NCBI GenBank assembly: GCA_000934665.2
Contig: KZ538660.1
Coordinates: 1 to 55,621 of the forward strand
DNA from: Catajapyx aquilonaris
Taxonomy: Eukaryota
Direction of reading: 5' to 3'
Length of the DNA stretch: 55,621 nt
Shown here piece after piece: positions 1 to 14,026 of this stretch; the stretch's first letter is position 1, and every line of letters begins with the position of its first letter. A model generated the notes under the pieces. The model was not told the DNA's origin, searched no databases, and was given only the letters and a program-made list of their open reading frames with translations. The position numbers were made by a program, and so were the translations under genes.

Positions 1-3000
1 CTGCCGCCATTTTTTCCAAGATGGCGGCCGTAATAGGCGAGAGAAAAAATGGCGACAAGTTGAATTTTTAACTTCTGATCATGCTTAACAACTTCCCGCA
101 AACAGATAAAAATTAACGCGAAATCTGAGCGAAACCGATATTTTGAACAATTCTGCCCGGACTAAGAATTGGCGAGATAGGAGCCGGCAAGGCACTCCTT
201 AGTTATGAGTCGACGGCACGCTTGAGACCACCGGAAATATGCATTTGCCGCGAACTTGCCTTTCTTGTCTTTTTCTTCCAACAGGAAGTTCGACCTTGAT
301 GCTGGCACCAACGGGCCCGGAAATACCTACGATCGGTTCAATTTCCTGCTGGGTTTTTAAATTTACTTTTCATATTTGGTTATATTCTGTGAACGTGTGA
401 AGCATACTTCGACGCAACGTATATACGGAGGGCCAGGGAGGTTCGTAATGTCCTTCACCTTAACAAATATGCGAAAAGTCAACATTGGCTATTTATTGAA
501 CTGTCACGCCGATTCGGACACGGTACGAACAAAATACCGCATTGTTATCGATATTACCGATTTATTTGCACTTTTTTGGGTCCAGTGAGTATCGCATTTT
601 TCCCTCCCATTTCAATTTTCTCGCAATAATTCTGCCTGCCCTCTAAGCCCGAACACATTAATTTCCTTGCTACTCGTAACTGTCATTTAACACCGAAGCA
701 TAAAACCGATCTCGAGCCCAAAACTGTCACTACACTCGATCGATTTTAAACTTTGCATAATTTCGAGCACGATTCAATATCGGCTACAAGTAGCCTATAC
801 ATTTAAATACAAAAGGTACAGTCCCATGCAAAAATATGGTGACGGACTTTGAAGCTCCAAGCTCCTATAGTCAGACGTGCTCATTACACTGTGTTAATTA
901 TTTCGAGCAATTTTTGTGCAATGAACCATGGGTGTATCTATCAGAGAGTGTAAACAATCAAACTTGTCTGGTCGCTAACAAGCAACAGACTGTAGGAGAC
1001 GGTCCATCTCCACTGAGGTCGATTTATTTGTGGAGTGAAAAAAAAAAAGTTCCACAAAAGAAGCAATTATAGCTGAAGAAATAACAATGCCTCCAGCAGT
1101 GGAACTGTATAGAAAGCCAGGATTTTGTTACAAGCAGCCGGAGGAAATATGATGGTTTATAAGGCTGTCTTGTTTCCTTTCCAGCGATGCGACAGATGGA
1201 TTGCGCCTAGCATTTAATGAATTGCGCAGTGATATCCTTCTGAATGTGCAATTCACAACCGGTAATGCACTCTCATCAATTTCATTAAATGTCGGCTTTA
1301 GCGAACAATGTTCGAGTATACAAATTGAGCATCATCAACCATTGCTGTTTTTTTGGTTTTTTTGTTTTTTAAATTATAAGCGATTCCTGTAGCCATTTGA
1401 AACTTTTTAACAAACATGGGGTTTCACAACTGCCGAGGCTAGACAGGCAAAAATTGGTTTCGCTTTTGAGTAAGTTTTTACACCCTCCATAAAAATATAA
1501 CGCAGCATCACGGAGAAAGCCATCTTTCTTGTTATTGCCACAATTTGTGCACGTTTTGCGGGGTGTATCTTTTCGCGAAACTAATATAAAAACACCCAGC
1601 CATTATTAAATTTCCAGTCACTTGGAATCCATAACAGAACCAATAGCATCAGAAAATTCATTTAAGCTACTTATTGCATCTCCAGATGAAATTCTTGCGA
1701 AGACATATTAACATCGATAAGAGTGGTGTTCTTAACATGTTACAACCACAGCCACCAGGTCCCTATTATGAATCAGCAGTTGACAGTACTTTACCGACTT
1801 ATTTTCAGGTGATGACATGATTTGAACAAGTGGCCCGTGCACACAATGGCCTGGTTGGCCCAAGTTATAATCTGGGAGAAACAACGGGGAGACAAAGTAA
1901 GCATGGCAACTATAATCCACTTTCGTTTTCCCAAACCAAATCAAAACCAGGACTGATGGATGCAATGATCATAACTCACTTGTCACGCAGTGACAATTGC
2001 ATTACTGGCCATTGAGGTACCAGTATAGAGCGAATTGACTTAGATTTTTGAGTTCGCGGATTTTGTGGGAAAAAAACGACACGACAACTAATACTATTTG
2101 GCCAACTTGGAGGTTAACACAGGAGAAAATCAGAATACAACAAAAATGGGATTGAGGGAAGGGTGAAAACAAAAAATATACCGGCGAACCATGTAAGTAC
2201 GGACAAAGGCTTCTTCAACTCTTGGCAGACATGCTTCCGACGTCAAATTTTGCAATCTACACTTCCGACTTGTGACTCCCTGAACATGTAAATGACAAAC
2301 TTGGACACACAGAAGGTCGTAACATGTGGCCTATAAACCTCTTTAAGAATGGGGCCAAGATGATGAGTCATGAAATCACTGAGTTAAGTGTCACGACCTG
2401 CAAGTACTGTTCAATCATTACCATCGTGCCCTTCTTCCGTTGGTTTATTTCCAGCAAGGTCAGGAGAGGCCCACAAAGGATATTACTGCAAGCTAATTTA
2501 GTCGTAGGTCATCACCTCAACCTGTCCTTATACAAGAGGTGTAGGAGGACTCCGATATTTGTCATAATTTTTAGTGAGGCTGGTATCGGAAAGTATTAAT
2601 GAAAACGACCTAAATACATGCTGTTGTTTTTAAAGGGCCCAACAACCCCATGACCTATATATATACACACACTCTCGGTAAAACAACGGAGGTTTGATTG
2701 TAATTTGTAACAAGTCAACTTTTGTATACGTGTGACTTATTTATTTCTAAAATTAGTACTTGCTGTTGTATATAATCACCATCTTTTTTTCACGCTGAAG
2801 GTAGGCACTGTATTACAGGACCTAATGATGCACTCGTCATGTGCATTCATATCCGGATTTTTCTAAGAGTGTGTCATTTATAACTCCTACCTGATGGCAT
2901 TAAAAATTATAAAGACCTAAGGCACCTTTATGCGATGAGTCGACCTAATTCGACATTGACGTAGATATTTTTCCCTCCTTTAAAAAACTACACGAAAGAC

Positions 3001-3351
3001 CCGCAAACTTCTTAAACGAATTCGAAAACCTGACGCGCTATAATAACACGGTGCATAGTATATCCCTATACAGTAGTATACACTATTTTAACAAAAAGTA
3101 CCGTACGTAAATCGGTTAAACGGCAGTCGTTTTTGGGTCGATTGGCTTCGACCCAACTCGAAAAATTTGACAGCTCAAATCGACGTTCGTATGTTTGGGT
3201 TAAAGTTCTAACCCTCGCAGAGGTACTGTACAGAGTGCCCCAAAAGCGGAGTATTATAACATTAGTATCCCAGCTTTTGTGTAGCAAAAACGAGTTGGTT
3301 CAACACAGTAAAAAAAATCATTCAAAAAAAAATCAGGAAAATGTTAAATTA

Positions 3352-3406
3352 ATCATCATCATCATCATCATCCTCCTCCTCCTCCTCCTCATCATCATCA
3401 TCATCA
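3352..3406. repeat. compound microsatellite (ATC)n(CTC)n(ATC)n
   Basis: Visible directly; it explains the poly-I/L run in ORF 3133..3426. Confidence 0.9.
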
Positions 3407-5176
3407 AGTATATTTGGTCGAGCTAGTACACCTGACCAGTCCACCTCGGGATCACCTTTCCACTTTGGAGGAGGATTCGGATTTCCAATTTTGCCCCTTT
3501 ATTCGCAGTTATACCATCATTAGTATTGTCTTGGTATTGTCCATACCAACTGCAACTATCGTCACGGTTTACGTCATAGAGGAGCACGGTCAGCTCTTTA
3601 CTGAACGTAATCACCCTCAAACTTCAGTAATCAGCATTTCCCATTGTAAAATGCATGTAACTAGACTACACCTTCGTCATGCATCCTGCTATGCGCCCAG
3701 GGTATTTTGGCTCCTTTATATCTTTACGGGTTTACTGCTCAACAACTGTCACTATCATTCATTTATCTCGTGCAGACAAGATTTATGTCTTTCATTCTCA
3801 TATGCATAACTTGTTCCGTCAAAATACTGTACTAAAACGCGTCCGAAAAAATATTATCAAATCTCTTTACATGAGGCAGTCTCACGCTTGTCACGAGCGG
3901 ATTCAACCCACAAGAACAACCCAGGGTACCGGGTTACTTTAATGAATATGAGTATATGACAAATGATATTGCTGTAGCCCACTCTCGCCGCCATGAAATA
4001 CGCCGAACATAATCTACATATCATATTATGCTGTAATTAACATATATTGTGGCCATTGCACGGGAATTACGGCGTTCTTTTCACATGAATAGGGGAGAGG
4101 TGTTCTTGTTCATGGCTGGTGTGAAATGGTGCTGTGATTCAATGGTATATAGGTGTATTTCGTGGTTGTGTTAACATTGACTTAATATTGCGCAGTACAG
4201 AAGCGTTGATTGAAAGCTGTCTTCCCTCTCTGTGTTAAGAATGCGTGACTACAGAGCTGATTATCACTTTCGCAGGGAAATGTCATGATTGGTTGTTTTT
4301 CTGACAGGAACGTATATGCACCATACACCAACACACTGAAATAACACTATGAGAGGAAGCTAGGCCGTACGACATTTTTTGCTCAATCACGTTATTCGGC
4401 GACAAATTCTCGTACAAACCTGATTATTTCCCCCCTAACTGGATAGCCAATTAGTGCAGTGATTGCCCATTTCTCTAGGAAAGCCCTTTTGGCCCACAGT
4501 CTGTTGCGCGCTTCAATTGCTTCATTTTTTCCCCCCCTTTACTTGGGCAGAGAGAGACGACGAAAGTGGCCTTTGAACATCAATTTTCTCCCATCCCAAC
4601 GTAAGTCCTGCGTGCGACATGCCACACGGTACCTACACAGCAACTACCTCGATATCGCAGATCAAAAACAGACCAGCTACTTTCCGGCAAACTGGCAAAA
4701 GCGGGGACTTTAACAGCACATGTCGATTTAAGTGTTCAATCGAAAACACGAGCCTCAAATATGTTCAGCTAGGAGACGGAGCTCCATGCCATTTCCAGAA
4801 TAGCATTTGTACATAACCATATACTTGTCCCGCTCCCATAATATGCGCATCTAATGGACGTCATACCCAGGCAGAGATAGTTTTCCCGAAAAGTCTGTGG
4901 AGATGAAATGAATCCTGCATGCCATCATTCTCCTCGTTATTATAGTCAAGTATTCGCGGTCCAGTGAAGACTAAGCAGCATCACGGAATCTGCGGAACTG
5001 CCCGGAGGCACGCAAGGGACATACTGGAAATTCCGCGCCAAGGAAGCTCCTGCACTCAAAGTGTCATTGTCGTCTCCGTAAAAACACAGCAAAAACAGAG
5101 TACACGGTATGTAGAACCCACACAAACGCATCACTGATACCCGCTACTAGTTTCTTTATTTTAAATCCGTTCACTA

Positions 5177-5549
5177 ACAAGGGAACGACCAAGGTCGGTC
5201 GCCTCCGATTTGGTTGAAACTCGCTTGAGGAGACACTCATGTGCGATAGACACAGTGGTTAAAGTCCTAGATGACACTGTCCAGCCGTTTCCGAGATATG
5301 AGCGACAGAAACATCCGAATTTTGGCCGCGTACAACAGGCGTCGGGCGGGAAGGGACAAGTGCAAGGCCCGGCAAGGCCACTATTTCCATATACGCGCGG
5401 ACAAAATTCGGATGTTTCTGTCGCTCATAACTCGGAAACGGATGGACAGTGCCATCTAGGACTTTCACCACAATGTCTATCGCACATGAGTGACCCCTCA
5501 AGCGAGTTTCAACCAAATCGGAGGTGACCGACCTTGGTCGTTCCCTTGT
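5177..5549. mobile_element. ~370 bp foldback MITE, near-perfect palindrome
   Basis: ACAAGGGAACGACCAAGGTCGGTC...GACCGACCTTGGTCGTTCCCTTGT. The arms pair over about 150 bp, which is why ORFs 5210+ and 5259- mirror each other. Superfamily unclear. Confidence 0.85.
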
Positions 5550-5589
5550 AAGTTCCTATTGACGCCTTCACCACACTTGGAAGTGTTGT

Positions 5590-6350
5590 TATCATTTGTT
5601 ACGTCAACTCGTGTTTAACGTGACCGCGGTATTGCAATATCACCTGCGACTCAAGTTCCGGCAGCTGATCTTCCAATCGGTTGCTGGAAAGGTACCAAAC
5701 GGATGTGGGAAGATCATAGCATCCATTTCCTTTGAAAAGGGGTGTTCCGCAAAAGCTTTCTGGCGATCGTGCAGCGATAGCACATAAACATCCCTTGACA
5801 CGGGAGGAATAGACTATATACTCGCGAAGAAAGACTCTGGACCTATAAACGCGAATCGTTCCTGCAATAAAATATCCGTAATGCTGTTGGAGATAATTCG
5901 ACGTCGGTTTTCAGCTTTCATAGTCCCTGTTCACAACTTCATCCTGAAAGTTAGACTTCCTTGGAAAGCACAAACTTATGATGTATAGCTCTAGAAATTC
6001 ATAACCTCCGGTTAATGGTTTCACCCGGAAAAATGCAGCATATAGGAGGTGATTCTCAAGTGCCATAAACAGTTACGTTAGCGCTCATAAATTCAAAAAG
6101 GTGTGCATCCGCTTTAGCAAACTTTAGTGCGGCAGGGTGTGTGGCCCATATCTCATATTGCGCAAAATTTGCTATATGCACACAGTTGATCGAAAGCGTG
6201 TAGACGAACCTCTCCGACGGCTCTTGATCACTTCCTACAACCTGGCAAAAAAATTCTGGAAATTGTACAATAAAATGTAGGTGCTGTGGACTGGGTTGAA
6301 ATGACAGTGACTTTGAGTAATTCCCGTGTAAAGACTGCGCAGTCGACACT
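5590..6350 (-). mobile_element. decayed Helitron/Helentron Rep-like remnant
   Basis: The minus strand gives AALKFAKADAHLF and, about 120 codons downstream, EMDAMIFPHPFGT...LSRR*YCNT. These resemble the ALxWLKxNNxLY and AFPxLFPTG...YFNxRL motifs of RepHel N-terminal regions. Interrupted by stops. Confidence 0.4.
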
Positions 6351-6859
6351 ATCCAGCGTTACTGCTCAGCAGAAAGTTCTAAGTATAGGACATCTTATAG
6401 CATTCTCCGTACAGTTCACGCCATGCACAAAGAAACCTTGACTTGTTTCGCCACCTTCAGCATTTTGGCAAGCGAGAACTGAGAGAGTGACCAAAAGACG
6501 AAAGAAAGGCTTGGCGTCAAGAGTGCTGGACATATGGGCTTACAAAATCTGTTACCACGGTTTAAAAATTGCTTGCATCGACATGATGTTTGTGTATGTT
6601 TTGGCCACCCAATTGCATAGTTGGTAACCACGCCACGTGGCTTAGGTCACGAAGATCTGATGCAAAATCAGGCGCCAAATAAAAGTTGGAAGATCAACAA
6701 CACTCCACGTTCCAACTGCCTCTACAAAGGCGTAATTATACATAACCTTGTAACCAATATCAGTGTGGACGAGTTACACTTTAAGAAGTAGGACCACCAA
6801 CAACAAAGAATATATAAAAAGGTTCAAAAAAACTATGTCCATAGATCATTCTACATCAG

Positions 6860-7480
6860 ACCTTTTATTTAGCTCCGGGTGGGGCTTTGGGAGCTTATTT
6901 GTGCAACCAAGGCAGGTCAAATAATGAGGTTAGGAGGATAGTGGGGATCGGGAAAAGATTTTTGCACAACCTCCTTCTCCCGGCCAGAAAAAAGAGAGAG
7001 AGAAAACAACTCCCCGGACCTGCTCCGGATGGGGCCTATACCAAACCCTCCACCATCCACTTGAAAGCTATTGAGACGCCGCCACTATTATGTCCTCTTG
7101 GCATTTGCACGTCAGAAGCGACCCCCCCCCCCGGGCAACCCCTGGCCTATATAAAGAAATCCGAAAGTCACGCTCCACATGTGGGCTCGTATATATACTG
7201 CCAGCTGCGATGTGTCATTTCTCCAGTTGCGTATATGTACCCGATCTGATCGACATAGCCGTACGCCCTGATCCAATATGCTGTTGCTGTCCGCAAATAG
7301 TGAAGGTACGGAGGCTGTCAGGTGCAGTCGAGGTGGCTGCCCGGTGCAGCTATAAGTTATCTGGAAGAATACAAGCCATGCCTGTCCTATGCAGGCAGCA
7401 GTCGTGCGTGCGACATACCGAGCAAGGAATAAGGGGTTATAGGAACTATTAGGCAGTACCACTAGGCCTGGAGGTTAACA
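6860..7480 (-). mobile_element. probable non-LTR retrotransposon 3' fragment
   Basis: Degenerate RTG..L..NL...CG..H (CCHC-like) coding remnant, followed by a UTR-like stretch ending near AATAAA on the minus strand. Confidence 0.3.
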
Positions 7481-8663
7481 TATCCCTGTACACCTTTTTG
7501 TATTATATGCTATACTGCTTTAAAAAAAAAATCATACCGCATAGTAATGTTTCCAGAACTAACATCGTCTATTTCAATTGAAAAAGAGATTTCATATATT
7601 CCCAATGACCAACTACAAAGACCTGCAAGTGTACCATGGAATTGCCTCTCTTTTATTGCGAAGCCCTCCAAAAAAAGACAACCGACACTGACCCCCGACT
7701 TCTCTCGCATGGAGGGCTTCCACCAAACCTCAACGTATCCTACCCAAAATCTGCGTGTTAAAAAAAGTTTTAATGTAAATAATTGTAATTAACCGCACAT
7801 TTAGGTGGAGCACGCCTGCTGTGGGATGAACGACCGAGCCTATGGAGGTGTTTGATGGACTTGTCGTGACGGAGTGGCGAGAAAATGATGCTGCCATGCC
7901 GGTGAGGTGGGGTAGTTTTTCTTGGCATATGCTGGGAGCCTTCCAGTTTTACCAGTCAAAATTGCACATACGTGTACTTCGACAATAACATACTAGCAGG
8001 TTGTTTATGCTACAAATGTATGGAGAAGTCCATTTATGAGAACCGAATGAAATTATTAAGGTGCCAAACCTTAATCCTGATCCTATAAGGGTCAGTTGTA
8101 TGGAAGAAAATTAGAAAAATATATCCGATTACGTATCGCTATTCACAATACATATTCTGACATAATTGGTGATTTCCTGTTTAATTTGCTTTCATAAAAC
8201 CGGCCCTTACACTGAAACATTCTTGGCTTGTGTAAATTTTGGCTGCGAGAGCTCGCCTCGGCAAATTCTATATCTGAGTGGTTTTGTCGGTGCATCAACT
8301 GTGCAGAGAAATATGACCTGCGGCCAATTTTCCTGAGTCTGTCCAGAAGGCTGTGCAGTACGGTACATGGCAAAGGTTAATAACCCTGAACAGGCGGTAC
8401 CTCGTCTCCAAGAAGTAAAATAAAACACATTAGGGAGTACGGTGGTCTTAGTGGTTATACCTCTAGCCAGTCAAGCGGGAACTTCGCTATAGGTCCGGTC
8501 TCTTTTCCGCTTTTCTAGAGAGGTGCACATTATTTGTAGCTATACTCCTTTCCCTGACCAGAAGGAAAGATTTGGTTTGAAGAAATTCCGAAATGAATCG
8601 AAAACTACCCATTACTCCATTTGGCATATTTCCCTTCTCAATATGACACATACACACATTGTA

Positions 8664-8774
8664 CAGTGCTGGACATATTAGCAGTCCCTAAATGTTAACT
8701 TAGTTGCCAGGTAACGCCAGCGCCGCCAATGCCGAAAAAGAAACATTTAGGGACTGCTAATATGTCCAGCACTG
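8664..8774. mobile_element. 111 bp Tc1/mariner-type MITE
   Basis: TA|CAGTGCTGGACATATTAGCAGTCCCTAAATGTT...AACATTTAGGGACTGCTAATATGTCCAGCACTG|TA; perfect 33 bp terminal inverted repeats (TIRs) and a TA TSD. Confidence 0.9.
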
Positions 8775-9381
8775 TACATGTTTATTTAAAAAATAAGTTT
8801 TATATGACCGACATTCCATGTTGATATTTCAGCAACAAATGCAACACTTCAAAAAGGCAAGGCACAAATTCGTTGAACACATTCTATGATAAATGTCTGC
8901 AAACACTCCAAGATGATGCCTTATACATTGCCTCAGTTAGCGACCTACAGCAAGTTTCCAATCAGCCCCAAACTTAGCCCATTCAAATACGGCGCTGGAG
9001 CACCTATACCTCCGGTAGCTGACGAAATTGCGTCACCAAATAACTTTTTCAATAACCGCGGAACCAATAACGTGCCCCTGAGCCTTCAAATTAGTGGAGA
9101 TGGGGTCGAGTTCTACCATATTCGGAACCTTCCATCGTCGCGTCGCGTCGGTTCCTCCCATTCCAGGTATTCGGTGCAGTGCGCAGCCACTTCAAGGCTC
9201 AGTCTCACCCGTGGTCTCACCTATTCCCCCATGATCAAGTCATACGAACAAAATGGCGCGGGCAATCCGAAATCAATCTGCAGCACGACCTGGATGGTCT
9301 GGGTTCTACAGACCACGTTTCTCATGGTTTGCAGGTCAAACATTATGCACTAAAAAATAATTAAGGTGGTTCCACACTTAC

Positions 9382-9459
9382 CTTTCCTTGCATAATCAAT
9401 CTGATTGTGAGTGTAACTGAAGGGTCATCGTTGGGCACGGGCTTGTCTATGGATGCCAT
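9382..9459 (-). CDS. mub: poly(rC)-binding protein (mushroom-body expressed / PCBP3-like), first coding exon; remaining exons lie left of the window
   Basis: ATG at 9459 gives MASIDKPVPNDDPSVTLTIRLIMQGK, followed by AAG|gtaagt. DPSVTLTIRLIMQGK is the start of KH1 in insect Mub. An acceptor tacttgcag|A at 9515 implies upstream non-coding exon(s). I did not find the next exon (EVGSIIGKKG) in 1-9380. Confidence 0.9.
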
Positions 9460-10590
9460 CTTGTGTGTCGCTTAGTATTGTTACTTTGGAGCTGGGAAGT
9501 CAGCAGGGTCGAGTTCTGCAAGTAGAGGAACACCTCAGCATACGGAATCCAGTCCCACTACAACACACACTCCCGAACAACTATTTCCACCACACCACAG
9601 TTGAGGGTAGCACAAAGGAGGTGGGGACAAAATGGGTGGGGAGAAGAGAGAAAAAGTCAACAACTAGCGTCGAAACACGATCACGGTTGCGACATGAGTC
9701 TCACTGTACTTGCGGGACCATATAAATAGACCGGGAGCCACGCACGGAACAAGACAGTCCTCCCCACCACCCGCGGCCCCCCAACCCTAAACATGTGGTC
9801 GCTCGCCCCTGATATATTTTTACTACCTGTTGCCTGCGGCAGGGGCCAAATTCGCCCGCAAATATGTCCCTGGGCGAGTCGCTGCAACTGCGCTCCTTTT
9901 CTTTAGTCGCCAACCCAAGAATCCCACCCCACTAGAGAGGCCCAGTTCGTCTACCCACTTGGCTGTCTAACGAGGAAGTTTGTGCCTCCCTCCTGACCTC
10001 ACCTATGTTCCACATTGCTCAGGTGGAATTACCACTAGCATCTCTGGGTGATATAGGTGTGAGGAGGACCGGGTGTGCAGCGCAGATCGCTGGGGACTCG
10101 TACTTACGAGATGCTAGGGCAGAATGTGACGGGTACCTTTCCTTCTCCCACTATCGTCAAATATGATCCAGGCATCCAGGATTAGCCTCGCAAGAGGCTA
10201 TCAAGAGATTATTTACAAAGCTGCAAGCCTCCTCCCAGGTCCACTTCCCGCAGTATGAACATTCACGCCCTCTACCATCGAATAGCGCACAGTGTGGGGT
10301 GTCACAGCATCCGAGTAGAATCGGACCAAATATGGCGGCACCCACATCAAGGAAAATTGCATTTTATACTCAGGTACGACATCCTTAATTTAACAAAAGC
10401 CTCTATGGGGTTATATGATCCAAAATCAATAGCGGAGAGGACTTCCTGGTAGCAAGCACTATAATTGGGTGCCTTGGATTACAGGACCCGAGTTTCCTCA
10501 GTCAACTGAGTAACAAAGATGTAACAAAGGACGTTCCAACTGCTTGGAAATGTGACCAACATTTTGCCTGTATCTTGCCTTTTTCACATA

Positions 10591-10808
10591 CAGAATTCCC
10601 CCTGTATCCGCGCGTTATTGGTTCATATCACAGTTTAATTTTAAAATTATACACATTAAGGCATCAACCAAGACAACTAAAAATAAAATAAAATACTTAA
10701 AACAATGCACTAACTCACTGTTATAAAAAATAAATAGTGGATTCTTTTTCATATTTTTATTAAATATTTATTTGATATTTTCAAACCGCGGATACAGGGG
10801 GATTCCTG
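10591..10808. mobile_element. pogo/Tigger-like MITE
   Basis: TA|CAGAATTCCCCCTGTATCCGCG...CGCGGATACAGGGGGATTCCTG|TA. The internal AATTATACACATTAAG..CATCAAC segment recurs at about 53599. Confidence 0.75.
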
Positions 10809-12318
10809 TACTTTCAAGGGCACCGAAATTATTATTCGTTCTAATATTCGGTTAAACCGAAGCATCCTTTCAGGCAGATCCGATAACTTGGCTGCCCCAG
10901 TTGCGAATTTCGAAATTTCATTTGCTGCATTAGTTTGTAGTCGATATCCCATATATTGCTATTTTTCCTACATTCGTTTTCCAGTTTCTGTAATTTCAAA
11001 TATGCAGACACTGCCTCAAATCTGGAACTGTTTATAAATGACTGTCTGCGGAGTAGCAGCACTTCTGCGTATACGGATCCATACACCTTCTCAACCCCAG
11101 ATAACAGAGGGAGTCTCTTAAGTTTGACGTCGTCGCGTCGTATTCTTGGATTAGCCAGTAGTGTAAACCCTGAAAATGTCGGACACTAGTGTATGGCACT
11201 GATTCCAAACAAGCCGACGTCAGTTGAAAAAAGTATGACAACATGACAGAAATATACTCCTAAGCCAAATTTGATGGTGGTTTTCCCTATAATTATCGAG
11301 AGACGGTCTCACCAATTAGCAGTAGGGCAATCTGTTAGATGTGTTATTTCACTTAGATAATCAGGTTGCAAGACGTGATGAGAGGGTTACCGTAAAATCT
11401 AACCGTTGTGTGTGAAATTTAAAGAATTCCATGCGTATTTATAACAGTATACAGTATTGTTTTTTCTATTTCATTTCCTCTAATTGGCATAAACCGAGTT
11501 GATACATTGGGAATGACCCACTTGGAACTACTGGTATCCTAATTTCCATGCCAGACCCCCCTAGCTGCAGCGATAAGCTCATAAGATTCCCACACAACCT
11601 AATATTATAGCAGTATAGCACCTAGAAGTAACCGTTCGTAAAGCTCCAGCCATAACTTCGGTACCTTAATATGTCGGAACACCATGAGTGGGTCACGGTA
11701 ATTTACCACGAGTGTCGCTTTCCGAGTTTGATCTTCCCACAACCAGGTCTGAAGCCCAGCAGCCAGGAACAGCGAATCAAGTGCGAGAGGAAGACCAACC
11801 CATTCCGTACCGTTCGAGCAATTCTGATACCTTATTTCACTTAAGCTACAACCTCATCACAATGCGGTGTGGTGATTCCAAACAATTTGTAGATTAAGAT
11901 CATTTACGACTAGTAATCCCTTTCAAGTAAGGGTACTCGGACGCCCCCTTTCCGCCAGTAAATTACTCCAAGACATTACTGGAGGCCCAGATGACCCGCA
12001 AAATGACGTCATCCCTCCCTCTCTCGCCGCCTTGCGATCAATAGGACCCCTTTCTATCAAATGCTAGGTGCAAAACCATCCGACGTTGTTTGCCACGCCG
12101 CTTACACATTGAAAGGACACAGCCATCCGCATCACTCCATCTTACAACCATCACCACTTCTTGTGGAGGTTTACACCACACACTACTACCCCTGTACATT
12201 ATGCGACACGAGTACCAAGAAAGACGGATGGGTTGCATAGCACACAGGATGAACATACGATACAGAGGGGGTGGGATTCAGTGGGTGAAGACTGCATAGG
12301 GCTGAAAATCTAGAGCAG

Positions 12319-12663
12319 CCCCTGGACACTGCCCCTACTATCTTATTGCCTGCCGGGGCGTTTTGCATGAGGTGCTCACCTGAGAGCGCCATAAGACCTT
12401 TCATGAAGCTATTATGTGGCGACCCTACCGGACTACGCTGAACTTTATATAGATACAAAAGGAAAGCGCTACATTGGGGGACCCAACATGGTCGCGGAGG
12501 CCATGTTGGGCCCGCATGTAGCGGCTTCCCTTTTGTACCTATAAAGTTCAGCGTAGTCCGGTAGGGTCGCCACATAATAGCTTCGTGAAAGGTCTCATGG
12601 CGCTCTCAGGTGAGCACCTCATGCAAAACGTCCCGGCAGGCGATAAGTGGGAGTGTCCAGACC
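12319..12663. mobile_element. palindromic PIF/Harbinger-like MITE
   Basis: Arms of about 160 bp pair (CTGGACACT...AGTGTCCAGACC|TTA). Confidence 0.8.
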
Positions 12664-13584
12664 TTAGTAGTCTAAGACCATGATCTAGAGTTTCATGGTT
12701 GTCAGTGTCGTTCTTTTTTTTTACCTGATGTTTTTCAGTATATAGGCCTGACAAAGACAGGTGAGAATGCTGTCGTCCGCAAAGAGGAAACTGAAGTCAC
12801 ACGTCAAGTGAGAAAGGCTCTTCCATCTTCTGTTTTATTTTGGTAAACAGGCTTCGTTTCCTCTTGGTATATACTGTAAATCATCTCTTTCCACATAAAG
12901 CACAGCATCCACATTGTTTTTTATCATAGCACATCCCGATCCTCTTTGCAATGCATAAAATCAATAACTTTGTCGTTTGTTGCCACACAACGTTTTAGTA
13001 ATGAATGAATGGCTGTGCTGAACCAAAAAGGCTAGTTTTTGCTTCAGAGCCATAAACAGGCCTTTTTTTGTCAACGCAAACATCCCGGTACAACTTTTTA
13101 ATAATTGCGCCAATACGTTTGTTAGCGGCGGGGACACACACTATGAAAATATCATTAAGTACCGTACCGAAACTTGATGATCGTAATATTACAACTTTTG
13201 ATTATCAAACCAGTATAACTGATACTTCCGCAAATTAAAGAAACTGGACGGATGAGGTCCAGTTCTTAAAGCAATAAGGCTGTATACATAAATGTTAAGT
13301 TGGCAAAAGAACTAAATTGCAACATTGAAAACTTCAAAAATGAAAAGCGGCGTGGCATAATGTGCTGCCAGCCTTACAAATAGTATCCACTTCCGTTTTA
13401 AAAATCATTACTGTAAATCGTGTCACACAGCAATATTATTCGGTATTCCATTTCATGGATTTTCGTGTTTACAAACTGCTATTTCAAAACAAATTGATTT
13501 TATGATCATCCGCAACTTTTAGCGCAGGTTGATGCTACTAATATGTGTGTTACGCAAAATAAATCGCAATTTATTGTCCTAGAG

Positions 13585-14026
13585 CAGTGGTTTTCAAACT
13601 GGGGTATACGCCAGCACAATTTTGGGGGCAAGCGTAAGATATTATGCAATGGCGTCCGGGCAAAAACCACTTGTGATTTTTTGGACTGAAGTTATGGAAG
13701 ATCATCTGGGCCTGGCAATCTGTGCTCTGACGTTCTTAATAATACAGTTTGTTACTACCTATTTATATGAAGCTAATTTTTTGGCGTTACCATTTATGAA
13801 AAAAATGTAGTCCTATATAACCGTCATCGATTCTGTCTTGAGAAAGACCTCAGGCTTTAATTGATCCCACTTGTCCTTATTACTGACCATAATTATATGT
13901 GTGAGAAATAAATAACATTCATCACACTAACTGAAGTGCCCACAATTAGCCTACTATTTTTATCTAACAGGATCGGACTGGGGGTATACAAACTGTCCTG
14001 ACATTTTAAAAGGGGTACAACCATTG
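13585..14026 (+). mobile_element. hAT (Charlie/Buster-type) deletion derivative with a transposase dimerization-domain remnant
   Basis: TCCTAGAG|CAGTGGTTTTCAAACT left end. The translation FLIIQFVTTYLYEANFLAL...KDLRL matches the F.TTYLCE.GFS...DLR motif. The right end ACCATTG is degenerate. Confidence 0.7.

Noticed and set aside
1..60. Clustered GCCGCCATTTT / AAGATGGCGGC YY1-like motifs as a promoter
   Set aside because: Such motifs are common inside arthropod DNA repeats, no exon follows, and the position is intronic to mub.
1686..2015. Near-open plus-strand frame MKFLRRHINIDK...
   Set aside because: It has an internal stop, no recognisable homology and no consistent exon chain.
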